Origin: Rhodospirillales bacterium
Lineage (GTDB): Bacteria > Pseudomonadota > Alphaproteobacteria > JAREAF01
NCBI GenBank assembly: GCA_029240475.1
Contig: JAREAF010000001.1
Coordinates: 1-29,028, forward strand
Length of the DNA stretch: 29,028 nucleotides
Direction: 5' to 3'
Below the pieces are notes generated by a model, which was not told the DNA's origin, made no database searches, and saw only the letters and a program-made list of their open reading frames with translations. This document shows positions 1-9,207 of the stretch, piece by piece (positions within the stretch are counted from its first letter, which is position 1; each line of letters opens with the position of its first letter). The position numbers and the translations under genes were made by a program.

Positions 1-963
1 CTCCTCGGAGAGGAACTCCCACCAGCGGGAGAGATAAACGCCGAGCTTGCCGAACCAGTCCAACGCGTTCGCGGGGTACATGCGGACCACGGCCGAGAGC
101 GGCAGCGATTTCGTCTCGCCCGTCACATCGGCCAGCAGGATTTGCCTCTGGGCATCCTCGGCGCGGAGCCGCCCGGCTTCGGCGGCGAGCCTTTCATGCT
201 CCTTCTGCAGCTCCGCGATCTCGGCGCCGAACTCCGCCTCGGCCGCCCGGTGCCGCTCGCTCGCCGCACCGGACTCAAGCGCGATGGCGCGCAGCTCCAA
301 GCGCCGCTCCTCGATCCGGCGGTTCACGCCGCCGATCTGGTCGCGCTCGATCTCCCGCAGCCTTTGCCAGCGGTCGCGCGCCGCCTCGTGCAGGCGGGCG
401 AGCTCGGCGTCGGAAAGCTCGGCGGGAGCGCGCGCTGCCCCGTTCACCGACAGGCCCTGGATGCGGCCGATGAAGGGTCCCCATTCGAGCCGCTCGATCA
501 GCACCAGGTCCGCCGGCCTGGACACCGCTTGGCGCTCGAAGCTGGAAACCCAGCGGAAATCCTCGTTGTAGAGGTCGTAATTGCCGATGCGATAGAGGGT
601 CCTCTCGGCCAATCCGCCGGCCGCCGCGATCGCGGCCTGCGCCTCGGGCGGCAGGACCGCCACTTGGCCCTCCTGCGGCCGGAAGCTCTCGGTGCGGCGC
701 GGCTCGCCGGCTATGACCGAGCCGTCGGCCAGCTGCACCAGCTCGATCGGCTTGGGCCAGAAGGCGAGGGCGCCGTTCCAGACCACCAGGATGAGGAATC
801 CCAGGATCATCAGGATGCCGAGCGCGAGCGCGCCGCCCAGCATCCACAGGGCCGGCTCGCCGCGCGCGGCGATGTCGGTCCCGGGCGTGCGGACGACGCC
901 GGCGTCGGCCCGCTCCCCCGCCTCGCCTCCGATCTCCGCGCGTTGGATGACTTCCACGGCCAT
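1..963 (-). CDS. pstA: Phosphate ABC transporter permease PstA, long N-terminal type (partial, continues beyond window start)
   Basis: Hand translation from ATG at 963 (GAGG RBS-like sequence upstream, 12 nt after the pstC stop): MAVEVIQRAE...EPALWMLGGALALGILMILGFLILVVWNGALAFWPKPI... open to base 1, ending DWFGKLGVYLSRWWEFLSEE. Follows pstC. Missing from the ORF track because its stop lies outside the window. Confidence 0.88.
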   Translation of the reverse strand, partial: MAVEVIQRAEIGGEAGERADAGVVRTPGTDIAARGEPALWMLGGALALGILMILGFLILVVWNGALAFWPKPIELVQLADGSVIAGEPRRTESFRPQEGQVAVLPPEAQAAIAAAGGLAERTLYRIGNYDLYNEDFRWVSSFERQAVSRPADLVLIERLEWGPFIGRIQGLSVNGAARAPAELSDAELARLHEAARDRWQRLREIERDQIGGVNRRIEERRLELRAIALESGAASERHRAAEAEFGAEIAELQKEHERLAAEAGRLRAEDAQRQILLADVTGETKSLPLSAVVRMYPANALDWFGKLGVYLSRWWEFLSEE

Positions 964-975
964 CGGCGTCCGCCT

Positions 976-3612
976 CTAAAGCTGTGCCGCGCGGCGGCGG
1001 AAGCGCAGCCGCACCAGCTCGGCGAGGGTGTTGATCACGAAGGTCATGACGAACAAGGTCAGCGCGGCGAGGAACAGCATGCGGTAGAGCGAGCCGCCGC
1101 GCACCGCCTCCGGCAGCTCGACCGCGATCGTCGCGCTCAAGGCCCTGAGGCCGTTGAAGAGGTTCCAGTCGATCAGCGGCGTGTTGCCGGCCGCCATCAC
1201 CACGATCATGGTCTCGCCGACCGCGCGGCCCATGCCGATCATCACCGCGGCGAAGACGCCGCTCATGGCGGTCGGCAGCACGATGGAGGTCGCCGTCTGC
1301 CAGGGCGTGGCGCCGCAGGCGAGACTCGCAGCCCGCAAATGCTCGGGCACCGCGTTCAGCGCATCCTCGGCGATCGTGTAGATGATCGGGATGACGGCAA
1401 AGCCCATCGCGAACCCGACCACCAGCGTGTTGCGCTGGACATAGGTGTCGAACACGCCGCCGCGCGGGTCGAGCCCGGTTCCGGCGAGCAGGCTGGCCAG
1501 CAGCCAGCTCACGATCGCTCCCAGCAGCAGGAATGCGGCCCAGCGGGCGAAGTCGATCACTCCGGCCGACGCGCCGCTGCGGCGCAGGAGCATGGCATAG
1601 GCCTCGCCGTAGAGGCGCCGAAAGAGCCAGCGCAATGCGAGCACCGAGACCGGCAGCAGGAGGACCGTGAGCATCGGCGCGCCGCTGCCGATGGCGCCAT
1701 TGACCCAGTCCTGGAAATCGCCGGCGAAGAACAGCGCCTCGAAACTCGGCGCCAGGGCGTAGGCGCCGGCGAGCGCGGCGCCGATGACGAGGAACGTGGT
1801 CGCGAATTTCGGCAAGCCACCCCAGCGCAGGGCGATAGCCTGCGGCATCATCTGCCAGAGATAGGCGGCGAGCAGCAGCGCGACCGGCACCAGGGCGAAG
1901 GCGAGGATCACGGCCGAGATCCAGCTCTCGACCACCGGCGCGATCACCAGCGCGGCCAGGAACCCCAGCACCACCGACGGCAGCGAGGCCATCAGCTCCA
2001 TCGTCGGCTTGACCACCGAGCGCACGCGCCGATGCACGAACTCGGAGGTGTAGATAGCCGCCAGCAGCGCGAGCGGGATGGCGAATAGCAGCGAATAGAC
2101 CGTCGCCTTGAGGGTGCCGAAGATGAGCGGCACCAGCGACAGCTTGGGCTCGAAGGCGTCGCTCCCGGAGGAGGACTGCCAAGTATAGCCGGGGCCGGGA
2201 TAGCCCTCGTACCAGACTTCGCCGAACATCGTGCCGAAGCTGGTCTCCGGATGCGGGATCGAGATCTGCCAGAATTGCGCGGCGCCGTTGCCGGCCACCG
2301 CCAGGACGGCGTTGTCGCGGGGCGCGAGCGCGATCGCGCTCCAGCTCGCCCCTCCTCCGCTCTGCGCGAGCTTCAGAACCGTCGCCTCCCTGGTCGCGTG
2401 GCGCACCCAGACCTCTCCGGAGGCATCGGCCGTGACGAACAGCTTGGAGCGCTCGCTGGCATCGAATGCCGTGACGGCGGCACCATGCTTTTCGAGGCTA
2501 TGGGCGCGCACCAGCGCGTAGCCGTCCTCGGTGCGCGCATTCGCCCGCGGCAGCCGGAAATAGATGTCGACCGAACCGTCCGACCCGCCGGCCACGATCG
2601 ACTGCTCGCCGATGAGGAAGCCGAGCGCCGTCAGCTCCACCCCGACGCCGAACAGCTTGCGCTGCTCGGCCATGACGGGCGCGTCGAAATTGCGGGTGTC
2701 GAACCGATAGAGCGTGCCGTCCGCGGCGGCGGCATAGACCTGGTCGGCGCCTTCGGTCACCAGCAACGAGCGGATCTCGGTTCCGGCCGGCAGGGGCGGC
2801 AAGGTCGAGACCGCGACCTCGGTCGTTTCCTCGCCGGTCAGCAGGTTGGTCGCGGACTCTCCGAGCCCGAGCCGCAGCACGCCGCTCGCATCGGCGCTGA
2901 CGAAAGCCTTGGTCGGGCGCTCCGCCGTACCGCCGAGACGATAGTCGAGCGCGATGATCGGCGCGGCCGCTCCCTCCTCCACCGGGGTCGGCTCCTCCAG
3001 GGTCGTCTCGACGGTCAATTTGCGGAGCTGGCCGGCGGAAATGAGCACGTATAAAGCGCCGTCCTTCAGATACTCGCGGTCGCTCAGAGGTTCCGCATCC
3101 GGCGGCAGCGCGCTGGCGGGAAGGGTCTCGGCGACGATCTTCATGGTTCCGAAGCGCACCGTGCCGTCCTCGAATCCGAACGCCAGGTCGCGCCCCGAGA
3201 GCGAGCGGGAGAAGGCCGTCGGCGCCAGGCCGCCGAAATCGAAGCCAGGACCCGGCACCGCCTTGCCCGTCGCGAGATGGACCAGAGTCGCGGTTCCGGC
3301 CGGGTGCAGCTCGACGGCGATGGTTCGGTAGTCGTCCATCACCGTCATCACCGCCCCGCCGCGCTTCGGCTGGGCGACGAGCTCTCCGAGTTGCGGCGCC
3401 GGAAGCCCATGAGCCTCGAGAGTCTTGCCGCCCGTGAAGAGCGGCGCGACCACCTGCACCAGATAGGCCATGATGCCGAAGACGGCGAGGATCACGAAGA
3501 TGCCGCCGATGCGGATGGCCCAATCGGCCGCGCGGTCGGCGACCAGCACCGAGCGGCGGGTCTTGCGGATGGGCCTCGGAGCGGCAGCGGGTTCGGGAGT
3601 TTCGGCAGACAT
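976..3612 (-). CDS. pstC: Phosphate ABC transporter permease PstC with a large extracytoplasmic beta-rich domain
   Basis: 878-aa ORF; C-terminal permease motifs SLVPLIFGTLKAT, KPTMELMASLPSVVLG, EAALxxG-like RAASLACGATPWQT and GRAVGETMIV; located between pstS and pstA. Confidence 0.92.
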   Translation of the reverse strand: MSAETPEPAAAPRPIRKTRRSVLVADRAADWAIRIGGIFVILAVFGIMAYLVQVVAPLFTGGKTLEAHGLPAPQLGELVAQPKRGGAVMTVMDDYRTIAVELHPAGTATLVHLATGKAVPGPGFDFGGLAPTAFSRSLSGRDLAFGFEDGTVRFGTMKIVAETLPASALPPDAEPLSDREYLKDGALYVLISAGQLRKLTVETTLEEPTPVEEGAAAPIIALDYRLGGTAERPTKAFVSADASGVLRLGLGESATNLLTGEETTEVAVSTLPPLPAGTEIRSLLVTEGADQVYAAAADGTLYRFDTRNFDAPVMAEQRKLFGVGVELTALGFLIGEQSIVAGGSDGSVDIYFRLPRANARTEDGYALVRAHSLEKHGAAVTAFDASERSKLFVTADASGEVWVRHATREATVLKLAQSGGGASWSAIALAPRDNAVLAVAGNGAAQFWQISIPHPETSFGTMFGEVWYEGYPGPGYTWQSSSGSDAFEPKLSLVPLIFGTLKATVYSLLFAIPLALLAAIYTSEFVHRRVRSVVKPTMELMASLPSVVLGFLAALVIAPVVESWISAVILAFALVPVALLLAAYLWQMMPQAIALRWGGLPKFATTFLVIGAALAGAYALAPSFEALFFAGDFQDWVNGAIGSGAPMLTVLLLPVSVLALRWLFRRLYGEAYAMLLRRSGASAGVIDFARWAAFLLLGAIVSWLLASLLAGTGLDPRGGVFDTYVQRNTLVVGFAMGFAVIPIIYTIAEDALNAVPEHLRAASLACGATPWQTATSIVLPTAMSGVFAAVMIGMGRAVGETMIVVMAAGNTPLIDWNLFNGLRALSATIAVELPEAVRGGSLYRMLFLAALTLFVMTFVINTLAELVRLRFRRRAAQL

Positions 3613-3634
3613 GGAGGTCCATTAAGCGAGCGGA

Positions 3635-3653
3635 GCGGGAGTGTCTCTCCCGC
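3635..3653 (-). other. Intercistronic stem-loop between pstS and pstC
   Basis: GCGGGAG-TGTCT-CTCCCGC, a 7-bp perfect inverted repeat with no U-tract. Confidence 0.5.
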
Positions 3654-3675
3654 CCCGAGCCGTTGATCAAGAGCC

Positions 3676-4656
3676 CTATTGCGTCATCCCGTCCAGGCCC
3701 AGCGCCTTGGCGTCCTTGTCGGCGATCTTGGCGGTGATCGGGAAGTAGCCGTCCTTGATCACCGCCTGCTGGCCCTGCTTCGAGAGCACATATTTGACGA
3801 ACTCGGCCCGCAGCGGGTCCAGCGGCTGGTTGGGGTCCTTATTGGTGTAGACGTAGAGCAGGCGCGCGAGCGGGTACTTGCCGGCATAGGCCTGCTCCGG
3901 CGTCGCCTCCACGCACTGGCCGGCCCTCTTGGCGAGAGGCACCGCCCGGACGTCCGCGGTCTTGTAGCCGATGCCCGAATAGCCTATGGCGAGTTTGTCG
4001 GTGGCGACGCCCTGGACCACGGCGGATGAGCCGGGCTGCTCCTTCACACCGTCCTTGTAGTCGCCCTTGAAGAGCGCCTCGTCCTTGAAATAGCCGTAGG
4101 TGCCCGAGGCCGAGTTGCGGCCATAGAGCGAGATCGGCTTGGCGGCCCATTCGCCGGTGAGGCCGAGATCGCCCCAGCTGGCGATGCCCTTGTCGAGGCC
4201 GCCCTTGCGCGTCTTGGAGAAGACCGCATCCACCTGCTGCAGGGTCAGGCACTGGATCGGGTTGTCCTTGTGAACGAAGATCGCGAGCGCATCCACCGCC
4301 ACCGAGATGGGCGTCGGCTTGTAGCCGAACTTCTTCTCGAACTCGTCCGCTTCGGACGGCTTCATCGGGCGCGACATCGGCCCAAATTGAGCCGTGCCGG
4401 CGATCAGCGCGGGCGGGGCGGTGGAGGAGCCCTTGCCCTCGATCTCGATCTTGACGTTGGGATACTGCGCCTTGAACCCCTCGGCCCAGAGCGTCATCAG
4501 GTTGTTCAGCGTATCCGACCCGATCGATTTGATATTGCCCGAGACGCCGCTGACCGGCTGATAATCCACGAGCTTCGGGTCGAGCTCGACCGCGGCGGCG
4601 GCGGTCGCGAGCGAAAGGCTCGCCGTCAGGGCCAATAGCGCCGATCTCATAAGCAT
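3676..4656 (-). CDS. pstS: Phosphate ABC transporter substrate-binding protein PstS
   Basis: Signal peptide [22 protein letters not shown], motifs [26 protein letters not shown] and [12 protein letters not shown]. Start placed at ATG 4656 with AGAGGAG RBS 7 nt upstream, not the ORF-track start at 4710. Confidence 0.95.
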   Translation of the reverse strand: MLMRSALLALTASLSLATAAAAVELDPKLVDYQPVSGVSGNIKSIGSDTLNNLMTLWAEGFKAQYPNVKIEIEGKGSSTAPPALIAGTAQFGPMSRPMKPSEADEFEKKFGYKPTPISVAVDALAIFVHKDNPIQCLTLQQVDAVFSKTRKGGLDKGIASWGDLGLTGEWAAKPISLYGRNSASGTYGYFKDEALFKGDYKDGVKEQPGSSAVVQGVATDKLAIGYSGIGYKTADVRAVPLAKRAGQCVEATPEQAYAGKYPLARLLYVYTNKDPNQPLDPLRAEFVKYVLSKQGQQAVIKDGYFPITAKIADKDAKALGLDGMTQ

Positions 4657-4768
4657 CACAGCTCTCCTCTCGCACTGGCCGGCCGGGCCCCGGGCCGCTT
4701 CGAGGCTCACAGAGGTTCGAAGCCGGCCCGAGCGCGGGCGCCGCTATCAATAGAGGCCGTGTGTAATG

Positions 4769-4802
4769 ACCATAAGTCGGTTCGATGACAGTTGGATGAC
4801 AA
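4769..4802 (-). promoter_or_regulatory. Pho box (PhoB site) plus -10 element of the pstS promoter
   Basis: Minus strand TTGTCAT-CCAA-CTGTCAT (4802-4785), two half-sites 11 nt apart, then 10 nt, then TATGGT (4774-4769); directly upstream of pstS. Confidence 0.85.
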
Positions 4803-4825
4803 TGTCCCCGCCGGTCGATGGCGGC

Positions 4826-5491
4826 TCACCGCCGGCGCGCGCCCACCGGGAAGCCGAGATCGCCCAGCTTCACCACCGCCTCGGTGCGGCTGCGCGCGCC
4901 GAGGACCCGCAGGATATTGGAGACATGGACCTTGACCGTCTGCTCGGCGAGCTGCAGGGCCTCCGCAATCTCCCGGTTGGAGCGGCCCTCCGACAGGAGC
5001 AGCAGCACCTCCGATTGCCGGCGGCTGAGCTGCCGTAGGGCCGCGTGCGAGCGGAAGAGCTCCCTCTGATCCACCTGTGGCGCCGCCTTGGGGGCATTGC
5101 GCATCAGCGAGGCCGGCAGGTAGGTCTGGCCCGAGAGGACCCCCGCCAAGGCATCGAGCAGCTCGCGGCCGGTCATGGATTTGGAAATGTAGCCGGTCAC
5201 CCCCAGCTCGAGCGCCCGCAGAACGTCCTCGCGCCGCTCGGAGGCGGAGACGATCACCAGCGGCACCTCCGGGGCGTGCTCGCGTACCATCGCCACTCCG
5301 GCGAAGCCGTCCATGCCCGGCATGGCGAGGTCGAGCAGTATGAGATCGAAATCGGCCAGCTTGTCGTTGAGGCCCATGACGTCGTAGAAGCTGCCGGCCT
5401 CGGTGACCGTAAGGTCCTGGAAGCCTGCGCTCATGAACTGGGTCAGGCCCTGGCGAAATAGCGCGTGATCGTCGGCGATTAGGACGTTCAT
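4826..5491 (-). CDS. NarL/LuxR-family response regulator (REC + HTH)
   Basis: MNVLIADDH, phosphoacceptor DLILLDLAMPG, C-terminal LSRRQSEVLLLLSEGRSNREIAEALQLAEQTVKVHVSNILRVLG. Confidence 0.95.
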   Translation of the reverse strand: MNVLIADDHALFRQGLTQFMSAGFQDLTVTEAGSFYDVMGLNDKLADFDLILLDLAMPGMDGFAGVAMVREHAPEVPLVIVSASERREDVLRALELGVTGYISKSMTGRELLDALAGVLSGQTYLPASLMRNAPKAAPQVDQRELFRSHAALRQLSRRQSEVLLLLSEGRSNREIAEALQLAEQTVKVHVSNILRVLGARSRTEAVVKLGDLGFPVGARRR

Positions 5492-5644
5492 CAGCTGCTC
5501 TGCGGGAATACCGAGTAGGTTTCGGAAAGAAGTAAGTCTCTACCTCAGCCGTATGGTATCATTTTAACGCGGGACTTGTTTAATATCTGGACGTGGTAAT
5601 GAAATAAAAATCCGGCTAGTCGATCGAAAGCTGCGCATGGGCGG

Positions 5645-7774
5645 ATGGTGAGCGAGACTGTGGTATTCGGCGAGCAAGCCAAGGCGCTCGCCAAGCGGGA
5701 TTCGGTCGACGAGCTGCTTCAAAGGATCAGGGTCCTGGAGCGCGCGGTGGCCGAATCGCGCGAGAGCGAGCGTCGCTATCGCGGCTTGGTCGAATCCGGG
5801 CGCGACATGATTGTGCGGATCGACACCGACTTCCGCTTCACCTTCGCCAACGACGCATGCTGCCGGACATTTGGCCGGCGGCGAGAAGACCTGATCGGGA
5901 CCCACATGTTCCCGGTCGTTTTCCCCGACGACCTTCCGAACACGATCACCGCGCTCAAGGCCCTTTCGGAGCCCCCGCATCGGACCAGCACCCTGGAGCG
6001 CAACATCACGTCGGAAGGCATCCGCTGGATTGCGTGGGAGGCCTGCGCCATCCTCGACGACGAAGGACGCGTGCTCGAATATCAGGGGATCGGGCGCGAC
6101 GTCACCGAGTTCCGCAGGCTCGAGCAGGAGCTGTTCCGGGCGAAGAACGAGCTCGAGCAGCGGGTGCGCGAGCGCACCGCGCAGCTGGAGGAGGCACTGA
6201 GCGAGCGCGCCCGCATCGCCGATGAGCTGGAGCGTCATAACCGAAGAATCCGCGCCCTCGAGCAGACCATCCCGGTCGGCATCTTCGAATCCGACACGGT
6301 TGGGCGCGTCATCTATTCCAATGCCGGGCTGATGGACCTGACCGGCTACACCGAGGAGCAGCTGAGCGGCTACGGCTGGCGGATCATGATTGCGCCCGAA
6401 GGAGCCGACAAGGTCTTCCTTGGCTGGCAGCGCGCGGTGCAGGAGCATCAGCCCTATTTCGAGGAGGTCCAGATCCGCACCCCGGACGGGAAGCACAAAT
6501 GGGTCCTGGTCCAGGCTGCGCCGATGTTCGGTTCGGATGGGGTCTTCCGCGGACATGTCGGGACCGTCACCGACATCACGCACCAGAAGACGGTTCAAGA
6601 CGCGCTGCGCGCCGGCGAAAAGCAGCTGCGGCAGGCCAAGGAGGAGGCCGAACGCGCCGATCTCGCCAAGTCGAAGTTCCTCGCCGCCGCCAGCCACGAT
6701 CTGCGGCAGCCCTTGCAGGCCGCCAATCTGTTCATGGCGGTGCTGCAGAACCGCGTGAACGAGGAGGAGCGACGCTTCGTCCTGGACAAGCTGCAGCAGT
6801 CCTTGAGCGCGCTGGAAAGCCTGCTCAACGCGCTGCTTGACGTCTCAAAGCTGGAGGCGGGCGTAAGCCAGCCCTCCCCGTCGATCTTTCCGGTGGGCGA
6901 GCTTTTCATCCAGCTCGCCAGCGAGTTCGCCCCGCGCGCGGCAGAGCGGCGCCTGCGCTTCCGGGTGGTGCCGGCTTCGGTCTATCTGCGCACCGACCGG
7001 ACGTTCCTGGAACGCATCCTGCGCAACTTGCTCTCCAACGCGCTCGCTTACACCGAGCAGGGCGGAATACTCCTCGGCGCGCGCCGGCGCGGCCGGCATC
7101 TGCGCATCGAGGTCTGGGATACTGGCATCGGCATTCCGGCGGACAAGCTGGAGGAAATCTTCGAGGATTTCAGCCAGCTCGGCAACGAGCACCGGGACCG
7201 CGATCGCGGCCTGGGCCTCGGCCTCGCCATCGTCAAGCGCATCGCCAAGCTGCTCGACAGCCGGGTCACCGTTCGCTCCAGGCCCGGAAAGGGCTCCGTC
7301 TTCGCCTGCGACATCCCCCTGGCGCACCCAGCGCCCCAAGCTGCGCCAGCCGCCGACGAGCCCGGCCATGCGCCCTCGGAAGGGCCAGGCAGGCTGATAG
7401 CCGTCATCGATGATGAGGTGAGCGTCCGCGAGGGCCTCGCCCTGCTGCTGTCGGACTGGTGACATGTGCCCGTCGTGGGCTCGACGACCGGCGAGGTCAT
7501 GGACCAGCTTGCCGAGCTCGGCCTGGCGCCGGACCTCATCATTGCGGACTATCAGCTGGCGGGAGGGCGCACCGGGGCCGAAGCGATCGAGGAGATCCGG
7601 CGGCAATGCGGACGAAATCTGCCGGCCATCGTGCTGACCGGCGATACCGCGCCCGAGCATCTCGGCGCGGCGCGGCGGAAGGGCTACATCCTTCTGCACA
7701 AACCCATCGGGCAGGAACATTTGCGGCTTGTGCTGGGTTCATTGCTCGAGGGCAAAGGTGCAGCTCGGACCTGA
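5645..7774 (+). pseudogene. PAS-PAS hybrid histidine kinase (HisKA-HATPase-REC) interrupted by an in-frame TGA at 7460-7462
   Basis: ORF 5645-7462 has two PAS/PAC regions, H-box AASHDLRQPL, N-box NLLSNAL, DTGIGI and GLGLGL boxes and the start of REC (IAVIDDE...LLSDW). The same frame resumes immediately (HVPVVG...PDLIIADYQL...VLTGD...LLHKPI) to TGA 7774. A true nonsense allele, a split gene and a sequencing error cannot be told apart here. Confidence 0.75.
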
Positions 7775-9203
7775 TTATCTGGGGGTTCAAATCGGAACGG
7801 ACGGGCCGCGCAGCACCGCCGCGACGCGTGCCGCCTTGCGCCTGGAATCGGCGCTGTTCTGGACGGTCTTGGGCACCCTTGCGGCCATGCCACTGCCGTT
7901 CGGCAGCGCATGGCCTTGGGCCTGGAGCCTCGCCGCCGTCCTGATCGGGCTGGTTCTGCTGACCTACGGGCTGGGTCTGGTCTTCACCGAGGCGAGACTT
8001 GCCCTGCCGATGCGGCGGCTGCGCGTTCCCCTGCTGCTGCTGTCCTTTCCGGTCCTCTGGGCGTTCCTGCAGGCGACGCCGCTGGGCGGCTCGGATCTGG
8101 CCCACCCCATCTGGTCGGCCGGCGGGGAGGCGCTGGGCCGGCCCGTTTCCGGCAAGATCAGCGTCGACACCCACGCGACGGGCACCTCGGTGATGCGCCT
8201 CTTCCTCTATGTCGGGGTGTTCTTCCTGGCCGTTCAACTCTGTCGAAGCGCCGACCGCGCCTTCTTCGCCCTGAACGCCATCGTGGCGATCGGCGCGGCC
8301 TATGGCCTGTACGGAATCATCGCGTATCTGCTCATGCCCGAGCAGCTCGCCTGGCTGCCGCGTACGAGCCCTCGGGGCGACCTGTCCGCAGCCTTCCTCG
8401 ACGGGATTCCGTACGCCACATTCGCCTCCCTTGGGCTGATCGCGGCAATCGCTCTTGTGGCCAAGCTGGTGCACCGGCCGGCTGTCGGGAGCGGCAGCAG
8501 AAAAGCGGTTCTCTCCAACCTTGCGCGCATTCTTGGGGCGAAAGGCTGGGCCCCCGCGGGGGCCGTCCTGGCGCTCGCAGCCGCGACGCTGCTGACCCAT
8601 TCCCGCGCCGGGCTGATCGCGACCGGGATCGGCGTGGTCGTGCTCCTTTTCTGCCTGCTCAGCGCCACGCGGCTGAACCGGTTCGGGCGGAGCGCCCTGG
8701 CCGCGCTGGTGGTCGGCGGCATGCTCCTGACGGTGCATCTGGCGAGCGAAACGGCTCTGGAGGAGGGCGCGGCCGCTGACGCTTCGCCCGGCCAGCAGAG
8801 AGCCGCCCTCAACGCCCTGGTGTGGCAGGGCATCACCGATTCCCCCCTGCTCGGCCATGGCTATGGCGCCTTCGAATCGGCGTTCCAGGGCTACGGCGAC
8901 GGCACGGTCCAGGGCTACGCGCCCAACGCGCACAACGACTATATGGAGCTGGCCTTCGATCTGGGCCTGCCGGCCGCCGGCCTGCTGCTGCTCGCGATAG
9001 GCTCCGTGGCGCTGCGCTGCCTCATCGGCGTCTACGACCGCCGGCGCGACATCGTTTATCCCGCGCTGGCGGTCGCTGCGACCTCGGTCGCCGCCGCCCA
9101 GGCGCTGACGGACTTCAGCCTGCAGGTTCCGGCGACCGCCGCGCTGCTGGCCTTCATCCTGGGCCTAGGCTACAGCCAATCCTGGACCTCTTCGGAGGGC
9201 TGA
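7758..9203 (+). CDS. O-antigen ligase (Wzy_C) family membrane protein
   Basis: Many hydrophobic segments, PLPFGSAWPWAW, LTHSRAG, and GHGYGAF...AHNDYMELAFDLGLP; next to wzc. Start uncertain (GTG 7758 chosen; ORF track begins at 7728). Confidence 0.85.
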   Translation: MQLGPDYLGVQIGTDGPRSTAATRAALRLESALFWTVLGTLAAMPLPFGSAWPWAWSLAAVLIGLVLLTYGLGLVFTEARLALPMRRLRVPLLLLSFPVLWAFLQATPLGGSDLAHPIWSAGGEALGRPVSGKISVDTHATGTSVMRLFLYVGVFFLAVQLCRSADRAFFALNAIVAIGAAYGLYGIIAYLLMPEQLAWLPRTSPRGDLSAAFLDGIPYATFASLGLIAAIALVAKLVHRPAVGSGSRKAVLSNLARILGAKGWAPAGAVLALAAATLLTHSRAGLIATGIGVVVLLFCLLSATRLNRFGRSALAALVVGGMLLTVHLASETALEEGAAADASPGQQRAALNALVWQGITDSPLLGHGYGAFESAFQGYGDGTVQGYAPNAHNDYMELAFDLGLPAAGLLLLAIGSVALRCLIGVYDRRRDIVYPALAVAATSVAAAQALTDFSLQVPATAALLAFILGLGYSQSWTSSEG

Positions 9204-9207
9204 AGGG

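Noticed and set aside
142-2182. Long ORFs 142..2088 (+) and 275..2182 (-), and similar long alternates such as 9650..12178 (+) and 25619..26821 (+)
   Set aside because: Off-frame or antisense to well-supported genes; long stop-free frames are expected at this GC content and show no recognisable motifs.
5564-5583. Two TTAA words in the kinase/regulator intergenic region resembling a CtrA box
   Set aside because: Spacing is 12 nt, not the 7 nt of TTAA-N7-TTAA.
7460-7462. Selenocysteine recoding of the in-frame TGA
   Set aside because: The position corresponds to a structural Gly in receiver domains rather than a catalytic Cys, and no convincing SECIS hairpin was recognised downstream.
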